DNA of 64,000 bases from an uncultured delta proteobacterium (GTDB taxonomy: Bacteria; Desulfobacterota; Binatia; UBA9968): positions 928,001 through 992,000 of the forward strand of contig CAVSHR010000005.1 in assembly GCA_963727625.1 (NCBI GenBank), written 5' to 3'. Positions 10,399-20,560 of the stretch are shown here, piece by piece. Position numbers and translations under genes: made by a program. The notes under the pieces were generated by a model. That model did not search any database. It saw only the letters and a list, made by a program, of their open reading frames with translations, and had not been told where the DNA came from. Numbering within the stretch: the stretch's first letter is position 1; each line of letters opens with the position of its first letter.

Positions 10399-10882
10399 GT
10401 TCTCCTCCTATGAGAGACTGTTATAGTCTTTGACCCTGAGAATCTGCCTGCAAATGGGCTAGAACATGGGCTAAATACAAAAACCACGCTCTGGTCGGCT
10501 TGTCATTTAGAGATCGCTTCGCAAGGAGAGAGACTGACAAGAGGCCTTCGAATTACTTATTTTCCTCAGAAGGCCGGAGACTGAAGAAGATGAAGCACCC
10601 TACGTGTTATCCAGGGCGCTGTCAACCTCGATCCGATGGGTATCGCGGGGTGTACGAATCATTTCGCCCACCGTTAAACGGGAGCTCGAATATGAGGCCG
10701 ATTGCGAGCCGGGCGGAGGCCTTCCGATCGTATCGAAGCCACCAAGCCGCCGCGCAAAGACGCCGCAAGTTGCGGGGGTCCAACGGCGACAACGCACCTC
10801 CCGTATAACGATCAGGCCGCTACCCCGCTGGTCGAAGTTTTTCCAGAACTGTCTTTGACAAACGAGTCTGCGCTTTGGCGGG

Positions 10883-11077
10883 TTAGGGTTTAGGAACAGC
10901 CCACCGGACTTTATTTTCCGCGATTTCCCGAAGCGCGACGACAATATCCCGGTTATCGGATTCAACGCATGGCTTGGCTCCTTTTAGAAGCTGGCGCGCG
11001 CGAATAGATGCGAGCATGACGAGCTCAAACCGACTCGAAACTTTATCTAAACAATCTTCAACGGTTATTCTTGCCAT
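10883..11077 (-). CDS. rpoZ: RNA polymerase omega subunit, paralog 1 (64 aa)
   Basis: [30 protein letters not shown]...VVALREIA. Confidence 0.9.
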   Translation of the reverse strand: MARITVEDCLDKVSSRFELVMLASIRARQLLKGAKPCVESDNRDIVVALREIAENKVRWAVPKP

Positions 11078-11085
11078 ATTCGAAC

Positions 11086-11114
11086 ACTCTAGGCTTCGGG
11101 ATCGTTGAACACAA
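11086..11114 (-). promoter_or_regulatory. Putative sigma70 promoter, leaderless rpoZ1
   Basis: TTGTGT-N17-TAGAGT ending 8 nt before the ATG; no SD; same architecture at paralog 2. Confidence 0.55.
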
Positions 11115-11397
11115 GAAGAATTACTGCTGTTTTACAGTTTGCCCTATCGCGCCCGCCGCGACTCTACATTATCCTCAGCGATACTAAGGAGTTAGTCTAA
11201 ACTATCCGTCGGACAGGCGATTTATTTATTTCGCACCCGCGCCAACCGCGCGGGAAATTTTCAAACGAGCTGAGATATTTACCGCTCCGCGTCCAGAGCC
11301 TCCGCGGTGAATTCGCCGATGATTTATCGGACGTTTCGATGTTCCGATAATTCCCGAAACTCCGAACTCGGCTCAGAGTTGTAGTTGTCTTTAACCT

Positions 11398-11530
11398 CTT
11401 GAATGGAGCAAAGCGGTTGACCGACGGGAACGATTTGAACAAGCTCAAGTCTTATCTCGAACTCTTGAACGAACTCCGGCTTTGAAGCACTTGAACGGAG
11501 CGAAACGATGGAACTTTTGGAACGACTGGG
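11398..11530. repeat. Two copies of the ~9-bp-periodic repeat between the rpoZ paralogs
   Basis: ttgaatggagcaaagcggttgaccgacgggaacgatttgaac and ttgaacggagcgaaacgatggaacttttggaacgactgg. Confidence 0.7.
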
Positions 11531-11677
11531 ATGAGCCGCGGTGTTATGGGCGCGCAGCGCTGACCTATCAGGCGAGGACGATCCGGGCATGAAGGGCGGA
11601 CTCCGGACCTTTTCCGTACTTGCTCCATAAAGGCTTTTGAAAACTATGGAGAAAAGCGAGCCTGTCGCTTCGACGCG

Positions 11678-11872
11678 TCAGGTTTGAGGAATTGCCCAGC
11701 GCACTTTCCCCGCAGCGATCTCGCGAAGAGCAATAACGATATCTCGGTTTTCCGATACGATAAGCGGCTTGGCACCTTTTAAGAGCTGCTTAGCTCGTAT
11801 CGACGCGAGCAATACGAGATCAAAACGACTGGGAATTTTCTCCAAACAATCTTCAACCGTTACTCTTGCCAT
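11678..11872 (-). CDS. rpoZ: RNA polymerase omega subunit, paralog 2 (64 aa)
   Basis: [30 protein letters not shown]...[11 protein letters not shown]; start set at ATG 11872 by alignment with paralog 1. Confidence 0.9.
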   Translation of the reverse strand: MARVTVEDCLEKIPSRFDLVLLASIRAKQLLKGAKPLIVSENRDIVIALREIAAGKVRWAIPQT

Positions 11873-11879
11873 ACTTATC

Positions 11880-11908
11880 AGTGTAGGCCTCGTGATCATG
11901 GAACACAA
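11880..11908 (-). promoter_or_regulatory. Putative sigma70 promoter, leaderless rpoZ2
   Basis: TTGTGT-N17-TACACT ending 7 nt before the ATG; no SD. Confidence 0.55.
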
Positions 11909-12122
11909 GGATCATTTATGCGGTATTGCAGTTTGCCCCGCCTCGCCCGCCGCCAGTCTCCCTAATCGTCAGCGATGCCATGGAGTTAGTTAAAACAGCG
12001 TGCCGCCCGGGAGATGGAACAGCGTCTCAAGCCGCTGCGCTGACATGCCGCGGCCGGCCCAGCGCAATCCATAGGCGAGTCATCTAGAAATCTTTTGCGC
12101 GGGGAATCATCCTCACTATCGC

Positions 12123-12797
12123 TCAAACCTTGCTGATTGGCCGGGACAGATTGTAATCGAGTAATTCTCCGATTCTGTGAATGGTTAAGTCTGCGGCTGG
12201 ATGGGCCGCTTGCAGCGCCGGATCTTTCGCGTAATGCCCTTGCAGCGGTTGCACCGTGGTGACCCGATCACCCCAGATCTTCTTCACCGCGGCCAGAATC
12301 CGCAGCTTGTCGTCGATCAACATATAATGGTCGGCCGGATAGCGCTGTTCGATATCCTCAAGCTCCTGCTCTTTGTGAACGTAAATAAGCACGTTGCCGT
12401 CAACCGCATCGAATAAACCGGAACGCTCGACCTTGCGCGGCTGAAAGACCACGTCGCCGTCGGTCAAGATGGCGGTCGATCCCCATTGCTTCGCATGCTC
12501 GACGACGTCGAGGGAATTGGGAAATAGCCGGTTGGCAAAAGGGTAGTTCACCAGGAACGACGATACGACTAAAAGACGCAGATCACGCGGATATTTCATC
12601 CGATAGCGCTGCAATGCGCCCAAGTAGTCGGCGTAGCCAAGCTCGCCTCGCAATTGCTCGAAGATTGTCCAGTAACCGCTCGCGCGCTCCTGCCCGACGG
12701 CGCGCTCAAGATGGCGCATCAGATCGGCAATCACGCGGTCGTTGTCGAGCAGCGTGTTGTCCACGTCAAAAAGAAACACGGTCGGCGTTGCAGTCAT
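12123..12797 (-). CDS. HAD family hydrolase
   Basis: FLFDVDNTLLD motif I, LTDGD, IDDK; ATGA overlap with the zwf stop. Confidence 0.85.
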   Translation of the reverse strand: MTATPTVFLFDVDNTLLDNDRVIADLMRHLERAVGQERASGYWTIFEQLRGELGYADYLGALQRYRMKYPRDLRLLVVSSFLVNYPFANRLFPNSLDVVEHAKQWGSTAILTDGDVVFQPRKVERSGLFDAVDGNVLIYVHKEQELEDIEQRYPADHYMLIDDKLRILAAVKKIWGDRVTTVQPLQGHYAKDPALQAAHPAADLTIHRIGELLDYNLSRPISKV

Positions 12798-14183
12798 GGA
12801 CACGGCTCCACCTCTATGTCATTGAACCAACCGCCGATATCGGCAGCGATGGCGTCAGCTTCTTTTGGCCCCCAGCTGCCGTACTCGTACTCATGTACCG
12901 GAACAATGTCGTCGAGTACCGGCTCAATGACGCGCCAAGCCGCATCGACGGCATCTTCACGGTTAAATAGCGCCGCATCGCCACGCAGGGCGTCGCCCAA
13001 CAACCGTTCGTAGGGCAAGATCGGGTCGCCGGGATGCTCGTGCGCAATGAGCTCGACCGGTTGTCCAGCGAATGCTTCGCCGCTCGCCTTGACGCGCGCC
13101 CCAAGCGCTATGAGAAAATCCGGCGTCAAGCGAAAGCTATAGTAGTTGTCCTGCGCCGCGACCACTTCGCCGAAGACCGAATGAGGCGGGGGCTTGAGCG
13201 TAACCAGAACCTCGGTGGCCGTCACCGGCATACCCTTGCCGGCGCGGATGCAGAATGGCACTCCCGCCCAGCGCCAGTTATCGATAAAGAATCGCAACGC
13301 GGCGAAAGTTTCCACCTGGGAGCGGGGCGATACGCCCGGCTCGTTTCGATAGCCCTTGAACTGCCCGCGCACGACCGCGTTGCGATCGAGCGGCCGGATC
13401 GCCCGCATGACGCGAATTTTCTCGTCGCGCACGCACACCGTATCGCTTGCCGCCGGCGGGTCCATGGCGAGCAGCACCATCACTTGCAAGAGGTGGTTTT
13501 GCACGACGTCGCGAATCGCCCCCACCTCGTCATAGAACTTTCCCCGCCCTTGCACGCCAAAACTCTCGGCCATGGTAATCTGCACGCTTTGAATATGCTC
13601 GTGATTCCAAATCGGTTCCAGAAAAGAGTTGGCGAAACGAAAGTAAAGCAAATTCTGCACGGTTTCTTTGCCGAGGTAGTGATCGATACGGAAGATCGCC
13701 GCTTCAGGAAAATACTCGTGCAGGGTGGCGTCGAGCGCCCGGGCCGACGCCAGGTCCCGGCCGAATGGCTTTTCGACAACCACGCGCGCACCATCGTTGC
13801 CACTGACCTTCGCCAAGTTGGCCGCGACGATACCGAACATGCTGGGCGGAATGGCGAGATAATGCAGCGGCCGCTGGGCGTTGCCCAGCGCCTGGCGCAA
13901 CGCCTGGTAAGTCGAGCTCTCGCGGTAGTCGCCGTCGACGTATTTAAGCTGCCTCGAGAGCTTTTCCCAGGCGGCTTCATCGATGCCGCCGTGGTGGCGC
14001 AGACTATCGCGGGCACGCTCGCGCAGTTGTTCGAGGTTCCATCCGGACTTCGCAACGCCAATAATCGGCAAATCGAGCTGGCTCGCCTTTTACCAAAGCT
14101 TGTAGCGCCGGGAAGATCTGCTTGTAAGCGAGATCGCCCGTGGCGCCGAAAAAAACCAACGCGTCTGAATGGGTTTCGTTCAT
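12794..14183 (-). CDS. zwf: Glucose-6-phosphate dehydrogenase, with an apparent +1 frameshift near 14085-14091
   Basis: N-terminus MNETHSDALVFFGATGDLAYKQIFPAL is in a different frame from the body (EKPFG, RIDHYLGKE, RDVVQNH); the shift falls in an A-run. Confidence 0.85.
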
Positions 14184-14276
14184 ACCGTCATCTCAAATTC
14201 GCCTTCGCCTGAAATGCAGGTGAACGTCAAGCCGTATCTTGTAATTCGATTCATGACGTTTCGTGGCAAGTCTCTC

Positions 14277-15989
14277 CTAGCGCTGCCCCAAGATCACCAT
14301 GCTATGGGCCGCAAGCGGGATTCTGACGGTACTGCGGCCAGCGCGCGCTTCGACGTTCAGTTGCACCTTCGGGTCGAGTAAATTTGTCAGCGTGACCCCG
14401 GCCGGACTGAGACTCGCGTCGACCGTCACGTAATCGCGGCGCGGCGCGGCGTCGAGATTGAGCGCGATCAGAACTTCGCTGTCGTCGAGAATGCGCGAAT
14501 ACGCCAGCGTGCATTTGCCGTCGATCGGATAACCGAAGTCCAGCCCGTTGCCGGAAATCTCCCGAAAATATTGTCGGCCGTAGCGCAGCGCGGGTTCGTT
14601 TCGGCGAATCGCCGCAGTCCGCGCGACGCTTTTATAAATCGGATTTGACGGCCTGAAGAAGTGTCGTCCGGTGCTGTCAAACGCGCCCCACCGGCCGCCG
14701 AACATGCACTCGCGCACGTAACTGTCGTCTTCACCGCCGCCATCGAAACCTTGCTCGGTGCCGTAATAAATACAGGGCACACCATGGCTGGTCAGCAGAT
14801 AACCCATCGCCAGCATCGCTTGCTCTGGAAACGGATTGCCGTGCATGAATCGGCGGTAAGGCCGTGACATCTGGTCATGGTTGTCGACAAAGGTTACGAA
14901 ATATTGGCCGGCCTCACCGTGGTCGGCGTACCGAGTTTTAAATCTTTCGTAGCGTTCGCGCAGCTCGGCCGGATTTAAAAAACCCTTGATGGTTTCCTCG
15001 AGGAGAAAATAGAGCGGAAAATCCAGCGCCGCGTCGAGCGAAGGGAAGCGCTCGTTGGTGCCTTCGATGCGGCTGTTGCGACCAAGATAGCGCTGCAGGG
15101 TTTCGTCGTCGGCGACAATCTCGCCGAAAAGAAAAAAATTATGCTTGCCAATCCGCCGAGCATATTCGCGGATGGCATTGCAAAAAATCGCCGTCGCGCT
15201 GGACTCCATATGCTTCACCGTATCGAGGCGAAAGCCGTCGATGTCGGCGACCGCGATCCAATGTTTGTAGGCCTTGATCAGCGCATCCAAGACATCGGCG
15301 CGCCGGATATCGAGCTCTTTCAAGCTCAAGAAATCGCCGTCGATCGCCTCCTGGGGATCATTCCAGTTGCGAATCTGGCCGCGCCGCTTGTAGCACTCCG
15401 GACGCTGCAGCTCTTCAGGCCAGACCGCATCGTCGAGTTGCAAGCCCGGCGTCGGATCGTTCTCGCGCCAGAAGCCGAATTCAAAGGCGCCGGCTTGCTT
15501 TGAATAGTAGTACGGAAAATCGCCGGGATAGGCCCAGTTGTCGCCGGTATGATTTAATATGATATCGAGGATCACGTACATGCCGCGGGCGTGGGCGTCG
15601 CGCACGAGATTTTGCAGATCTTCGCGGCTGCCGAAGCGCGGGTCGACTTCAAGAAAATTCTGAATGCCATAGCCGTGGTAGCTGTCGGCTTTCTCGGCAC
15701 GGTTCTGCAACACCGGGCTGAGCCATAGGGCGCTGGCTCCCAGCCCTTTGATGTAATTCAAACGACGACGGATGCCCTTGAGGTTGCCACCTTGAAAAAT
15801 CTTTCCCTGGTCGGGGTCTCTGCCCTTCGGCGCCGCCGCCGTGTAGGGTCGCAACCTCTTCTGATTGTTATCGAAGCGGTCGACCAAAAGAAAGTAAATA
15901 AATTCGTCGCGCCAATCGGCAGGAGAGGGAAAGACTTCATGCTGCGGGGTAAAATCTAACTGGCGCGCGGATCGAAGAGTTTCGGCCAT
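14277..15989 (-). CDS. Alpha-amylase family (GH13) glycosyl hydrolase
   Basis: IYFLLVDRF, YHGY, DIILNH, DGFRLDTVKH, FGE, FVDNHD, IYYGTEQ. Confidence 0.9.
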   Translation of the reverse strand: MAETLRSARQLDFTPQHEVFPSPADWRDEFIYFLLVDRFDNNQKRLRPYTAAAPKGRDPDQGKIFQGGNLKGIRRRLNYIKGLGASALWLSPVLQNRAEKADSYHGYGIQNFLEVDPRFGSREDLQNLVRDAHARGMYVILDIILNHTGDNWAYPGDFPYYYSKQAGAFEFGFWRENDPTPGLQLDDAVWPEELQRPECYKRRGQIRNWNDPQEAIDGDFLSLKELDIRRADVLDALIKAYKHWIAVADIDGFRLDTVKHMESSATAIFCNAIREYARRIGKHNFFLFGEIVADDETLQRYLGRNSRIEGTNERFPSLDAALDFPLYFLLEETIKGFLNPAELRERYERFKTRYADHGEAGQYFVTFVDNHDQMSRPYRRFMHGNPFPEQAMLAMGYLLTSHGVPCIYYGTEQGFDGGGEDDSYVRECMFGGRWGAFDSTGRHFFRPSNPIYKSVARTAAIRRNEPALRYGRQYFREISGNGLDFGYPIDGKCTLAYSRILDDSEVLIALNLDAAPRRDYVTVDASLSPAGVTLTNLLDPKVQLNVEARAGRSTVRIPLAAHSMVILGQR

Positions 15990-16675
15990 CGGCTTCTCCT
16001 GAGCATCCTTTTTTATCCTACAACGTTGCATTCGCGAAACAAGCGCGTCACCGAAGGTTAGCGAAGCCGATCAATCAAGGCGTGCTTAGTCCTGACCCAT
16101 GACCGGCAGGCCTCAACAACAAAGGAGGCATGCTATTGACCGAGATTGCTCCGGTAAAAATTTCTGAGAGGGGGCTTGACTAAAAATTTCTAAAGGCGGA
16201 TACGGAGCTTAGTCGAAGATTAGCGTCGGATTCTTCACGGTGACGACAACACTGACGACGACCCGGGGAATTATCGATGAGATCAAAGCAGTCCGCCCGC
16301 GCACTGTTGTTCTCTAACAAGGGAATCTCCTGCGCGCCGTTTCTCAACTCTTCACCGATTCCTGCCGCTCACGCGCAAAGCAAGTTCCATGGGCAGCGGT
16401 GCTGGGAGCAAACTCACAAAGCTGTCAAAAGAGACCGCCGCCTCGTCTGGCCCGATCCCCAAGCTGACTTGCCGATCACCTTTAAGGTTCTAAAAGAGCA
16501 GCCCCTCGCATCATCATTGAGCATTCCAACGTCCGCAGCGGCGAGGCAAATCCTGGAGCTCGCGAGGTGTTGAGCCAGAACAAGGAGTGTAGGGAAGAGC
16601 GATGATGAAGGAAAACTTTTTTTGAAGAAGCTTTTCGGCAGCTAAAGTGTAGCTTTTTGATTCGAGTAAAAGACC

Positions 16676-18406
16676 GTGGAACTCACCAGGCCGGCGATTT
16701 TAAGAACCGTACCGTTTCCAAGGATCTCTTGGAAATGGCTGCCGATGACGATGCTTGCCGGAGTGTTAATCGCTATCCTGGCCTATCCGTTGATGCTGCT
16801 CTTCATCAAAAGCTTTGCCGTGAGCCGCCCCGGGCAGCCGGTCATCTGGGGCTGGGACGGCTGGTTGGCGGCGTTCACCGACGTCAATCTTGCTGTTGCC
16901 ATTGGCAACACGTTTTACCTCGCCCTCGTCCGCGTCGCCATCAGCAGCGCCCTGGCGATTTTCTTCGCCTGGGTGGTGACCCGCACCGATACACCCTTCA
17001 AAGGATTCATCGAAGTCGCGCTCTGGCTCGGGTTCTTTCTGCCGCTGCTGCCCATGACCATGGGCTGGATTCTGCTCCTGGACCCCTACTATGGTTTGAT
17101 CAATAAATTTTTGATGTCCAGCTTCGCGATTTCGGCGCCGCTCTTCGACATCTACTCCTACTGGGGCATTATCTGGTGCCATCTCGCCTTCAGTACGTCG
17201 GTTCGATTTCTCTTGATGACGCCCGCGTTTACCGCCATGGACGCGGCGCTTGAAGATGCCGCGCGCACTTCGGGTAGCAGCAATTTGGGCGTTTTGATGC
17301 GCATCACCATTCCGATCCTGGCGCCGGCGATTCTCGCGTCGACAGCACTCGGCTTTATCCGCAGCCTGGAGTCGCTGGAGATCGAAATGGTAATAGGCAT
17401 CCCCGCCGGCATCTACGTCGTGCCGACCAAGATCTGGGATTACATCCATTGGGAACCGCCGCTCTACGACCGCGCCACCGCGCTCTGCAGCATCTTTTTA
17501 ATCTTCATCTTCTTTCTGATTTGGCTGCATCGAACTTACCTGCGCGGCCGGGAATTCACCACCGTGACCGGGCGCAGCTACATGGTTCGGACTTTTTCCC
17601 TCGGACGGTGGCGTTGGGCAACCTCGGCTTTCTGCCTGCTGTTTATCTTCGTCATGATCATTCTGCCGCTGGCGACTCTAATCATGGGCACGTTCATGGA
17701 ATTCTTCGGCAACTTCGACGTCGATCATACCTGGACATTGCGCCACTGGATCTCCGTTTTCACCGACCCGGTGTTCCTGCGCGCGCTGAAAAACACTCTG
17801 ATCCTTGGCCTCGGCGCGGCCGCCGTGGGCACACTGCTTTATGCCCTGACCAGTTATCTAATCGTGCGTACACGGCTTGCCGGTCGCACCGTCATAGACA
17901 TTCTCTCGTGGCTGCCCTGGGCGTTGCCAGGAGTGTTGATCAGCCTCGCTTTGTTATGGGCCGTGCTGGGCTCGGGCGATTATGTGAAATTAATTTATGG
18001 CACGGTGACGGTTTTGGTCCTGGCGATTATTATCAAGGAGATGCCGCTCGGCACGCAAATCATCAAGGCCGGCGTACTGCAGATCAGCAACGAGCTGGAG
18101 GAAGCCTCCAGCGCCTCCGGCGCCAATTGGTTGGCCGGTTTTCGCCGTATTCTGCTGCCCTTGCTGAAGCCGACCCTGATGGCCGTGGCGATCATCGTTT
18201 TTATCTCGGCGGCGCGCGATATCCCCACGGTCATATTTTTGTCGACGCACAACACCCGCACGCTGTCCCTGCTGATGCTCGATTACATCGCCGACGCCAA
18301 CAAGGAAAAGGCCGCCGTACTCGGCGTATTTCTCGTCCTGCTCATTTTCGTGTTGTTGGTGATCGGGAGGTTGTTGGGATTTCGCCGATCATCGGTGCAA
18401 TCATGA
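16676..18406 (+). CDS. Iron-type ABC transporter permease
   Basis: TRTDTP motif, two EAA loops, many TM helices. Confidence 0.9.
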   Translation: MELTRPAILRTVPFPRISWKWLPMTMLAGVLIAILAYPLMLLFIKSFAVSRPGQPVIWGWDGWLAAFTDVNLAVAIGNTFYLALVRVAISSALAIFFAWVVTRTDTPFKGFIEVALWLGFFLPLLPMTMGWILLLDPYYGLINKFLMSSFAISAPLFDIYSYWGIIWCHLAFSTSVRFLLMTPAFTAMDAALEDAARTSGSSNLGVLMRITIPILAPAILASTALGFIRSLESLEIEMVIGIPAGIYVVPTKIWDYIHWEPPLYDRATALCSIFLIFIFFLIWLHRTYLRGREFTTVTGRSYMVRTFSLGRWRWATSAFCLLFIFVMIILPLATLIMGTFMEFFGNFDVDHTWTLRHWISVFTDPVFLRALKNTLILGLGAAAVGTLLYALTSYLIVRTRLAGRTVIDILSWLPWALPGVLISLALLWAVLGSGDYVKLIYGTVTVLVLAIIIKEMPLGTQIIKAGVLQISNELEEASSASGANWLAGFRRILLPLLKPTLMAVAIIVFISAARDIPTVIFLSTHNTRTLSLLMLDYIADANKEKAAVLGVFLVLLIFVLLVIGRLLGFRRSSVQS

Positions 18407-18462
18407 ATCATCGCAAAGAATTAAGTTGATCGCAGCTATGCCCGCTGGGCAAGGAGGAAACC

Positions 18463-19593
18463 ATGAAAACAGTGTTCACCAGATTCAAGACGGCCGCCTC
18501 TCCGGCGGCGTTGCTGATCCTCGCTCTCATCTATGCGCCGGTCGCAGCGGCACAGAGCGACGCCGGATGGCAGAAGAAATGGGATGACACACGCGCTAAG
18601 GCGAAATCAGAAGGGAAAGTAGTTGTACTGGGCCCGCCGGGGGATCAGATTCGCGAGGCCATCACCAAGGGGTTCTCCAAAGCTTTTCCCGACATCACCA
18701 TCGAGTTTTCCGGAGCCCGCGGCGGCGAGTTGGCGACGCGCATCAAGGCCGAGCGCGACGCCAGCATTTATAGCGCCGACATCTTGATCAACGGCACTAG
18801 CACGGCCAACTCGTATTTCAAACCGATGAAGTCGCTCGATCCGATCGAGCCGGCGCTGATATTACCCGAGGTGATCGATCCGAAAAACTGGCGCGACAAT
18901 CGGCTTGAATTTTCCGATCGCTCGACCCATCTCGATTTGGTCTTCTCCACCCAAAATAACGTGCCGGTGATTTACAATCCCAAGCAGGTCAAAGCCGAGG
19001 AAGTCGACGAGCTGTATAAGCTGCTCGACCCAAAATGGAAGGGGAAGATCGCCGTCCAGGATCCGATTCCGTCGGGCACCGGTAACGGGGTTTTTCGCTG
19101 GTTGTGGCATGTCCTGGGACCGGAAAAGGCGAAAGATTACTATCGCAAGATGCGCGCGCAAGCGGCTGCCGTCGACCGCGACCAGCGCCGCCAGATCGAG
19201 TGGGTGGCTCAGGGTAAATTTCCGTTGAACTTTGGCCCCGGCACGGTCATGTATCAACTGCAAAAACGCGGGTTAAAATTTGGCGTGATTTCTTCCTTCA
19301 AGGATTACGGCGCTTATCTGACACCGGGGTTCGGCAGCTTAATGTTCTTGAACAAGTCTCCTCACCCCAATGCCGGAAAGGTTTTTATAAACTGGCTGCT
19401 CACCAAGGAGGGCCAGACGGTTTTCAGCAAGGGAATGGGTTACGTGAGCCGGCGCATCGACGTGTCGACGGATCATGTGCCGCCTTACTGGGTACCCAAG
19501 AAGGGCGTCAAGTACTGGCCCGGCTATTACGAGGAAGACGCCAAGATGTCTCCCGAGCAGGTGAAGTTCCTCAAGTCGATTTACGGCCGCTAA
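18463..19593 (+). CDS. ABC transporter substrate-binding protein (PBP2-type)
   Basis: Signal peptide; LLDPKWKGKI, SPHPNAGKVFINWLLTKEGQ. Confidence 0.85.
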   Translation: MKTVFTRFKTAASPAALLILALIYAPVAAAQSDAGWQKKWDDTRAKAKSEGKVVVLGPPGDQIREAITKGFSKAFPDITIEFSGARGGELATRIKAERDASIYSADILINGTSTANSYFKPMKSLDPIEPALILPEVIDPKNWRDNRLEFSDRSTHLDLVFSTQNNVPVIYNPKQVKAEEVDELYKLLDPKWKGKIAVQDPIPSGTGNGVFRWLWHVLGPEKAKDYYRKMRAQAAAVDRDQRRQIEWVAQGKFPLNFGPGTVMYQLQKRGLKFGVISSFKDYGAYLTPGFGSLMFLNKSPHPNAGKVFINWLLTKEGQTVFSKGMGYVSRRIDVSTDHVPPYWVPKKGVKYWPGYYEEDAKMSPEQVKFLKSIYGR

Positions 19594-19765
19594 ACCATAG
19601 GAATCGGAGAGCGAGGCGAAAATCTTTTCAGCTTCGCTCTCCGATTTTCACACCCCTCACTCAACGATGCGCCGGGCTTCAACGGACGCACTGAAAGACG
19701 CCTGAATCGGATTTGACCGCGCCTGGCGTGAATCGACAAGCTATCAGAGTGTTGCGAAAAACTCT

Positions 19766-20554
19766 TTACCGGATTCGTTTGGCTGCCGCTCTGAGTTGAC
19801 GCAATATTTCTCGGCCGATGCGCTCGTCGTCGGTCAGCACCGGCGCTTTCCCCAAAGATTGGACGTAATAGGCCAGCAGCCAGATTTTCTCCTCGGGCAA
19901 GACTTGATGGAAGGACGGCATCGTCGTTCCATCGAGGCCGGTCAAAATAGTGCGGACGATATCTATTGCACTGGCGCCGCTCTTGAGCGGTCGGCGCGTG
20001 AGATCCGCCGGTTTGACGGATAACTTGGACGCCGATGGACCGTCGCCGCGAGCGCGTGCGCCGTGGCATTCGATGCAGCCGCTTTCTTGATAAATTTTAC
20101 GGCCCGCCGAGAGTGCACTTTTGTTGTTCGCGGGCGGTGACGGGATCGGCAAGGGCTTGGGACTCGATTTTTTTGCAAACTTGCTCGATAGCGTCTTGAT
20201 GAAGTCGACCAGCGAACGAATTTCCGATTCACCTAAATCCCTTTGGCCCACCATCGCGGTGCTCGGGATGCCGAATGAGATTGTCCGGATCAGGTCATCA
20301 TCGGTCGGCGGCTGGCTCGATTCGGTGGAGCGAAATTTATAGACGCCCAGGGTAAGATCGCGCGGCGCTGTTTTCAGCCGACTCGCGGCGGCGCCCTTGC
20401 CATCGCCGCGCTCGCCGTGACAAATTGCGCAATTAACGGCAAAAAGCCGGCGCCCCGCTTGAACCGAGTCAAGCGCAGACGCCGGATCCGAAATCGCAAG
20501 AACGAGAAATATAGCGATCGCGATCGCAGCGGCGAATCGGCAAGGCTCGATCAC
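19766..20554 (-). CDS. Periplasmic diheme c-type cytochrome
   Basis: Signal peptide; CAICH and CIECH; PRDLT..YKFRST; distal Met candidates (TAM, TMPSF). Confidence 0.85.
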   Translation of the reverse strand: MIEPCRFAAAIAIAIFLVLAISDPASALDSVQAGRRLFAVNCAICHGERGDGKGAAASRLKTAPRDLTLGVYKFRSTESSQPPTDDDLIRTISFGIPSTAMVGQRDLGESEIRSLVDFIKTLSSKFAKKSSPKPLPIPSPPANNKSALSAGRKIYQESGCIECHGARARGDGPSASKLSVKPADLTRRPLKSGASAIDIVRTILTGLDGTTMPSFHQVLPEEKIWLLAYYVQSLGKAPVLTDDERIGREILRQLRAAAKRIR

Positions 20555-20560
20555 TAATAT

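Noticed and set aside
11115-11196. GGGCAAAC upstream of both rpoZ copies as a c-di-GMP-I riboswitch
   Set aside because: The second conserved stem and GCAAA element are missing, and the motif lies upstream of the predicted promoter
8995-11530. Periodic repeats as a CRISPR array
   Set aside because: No constant repeat with unique spacers of uniform length, and no cas genes in the window
13034-14212. Long plus-strand ORFs opposite real genes (also 53910-54917, 56686-58116, 51612-52574)
   Set aside because: Antisense shadows typical of high-GC coding DNA; no recognisable motifs
16030-16670. Long intergenic region with a TAAAAATTTCT direct repeat and a 98-aa ORF
   Set aside because: No recognisable protein or RNA family; a two-copy repeat is too weak to call
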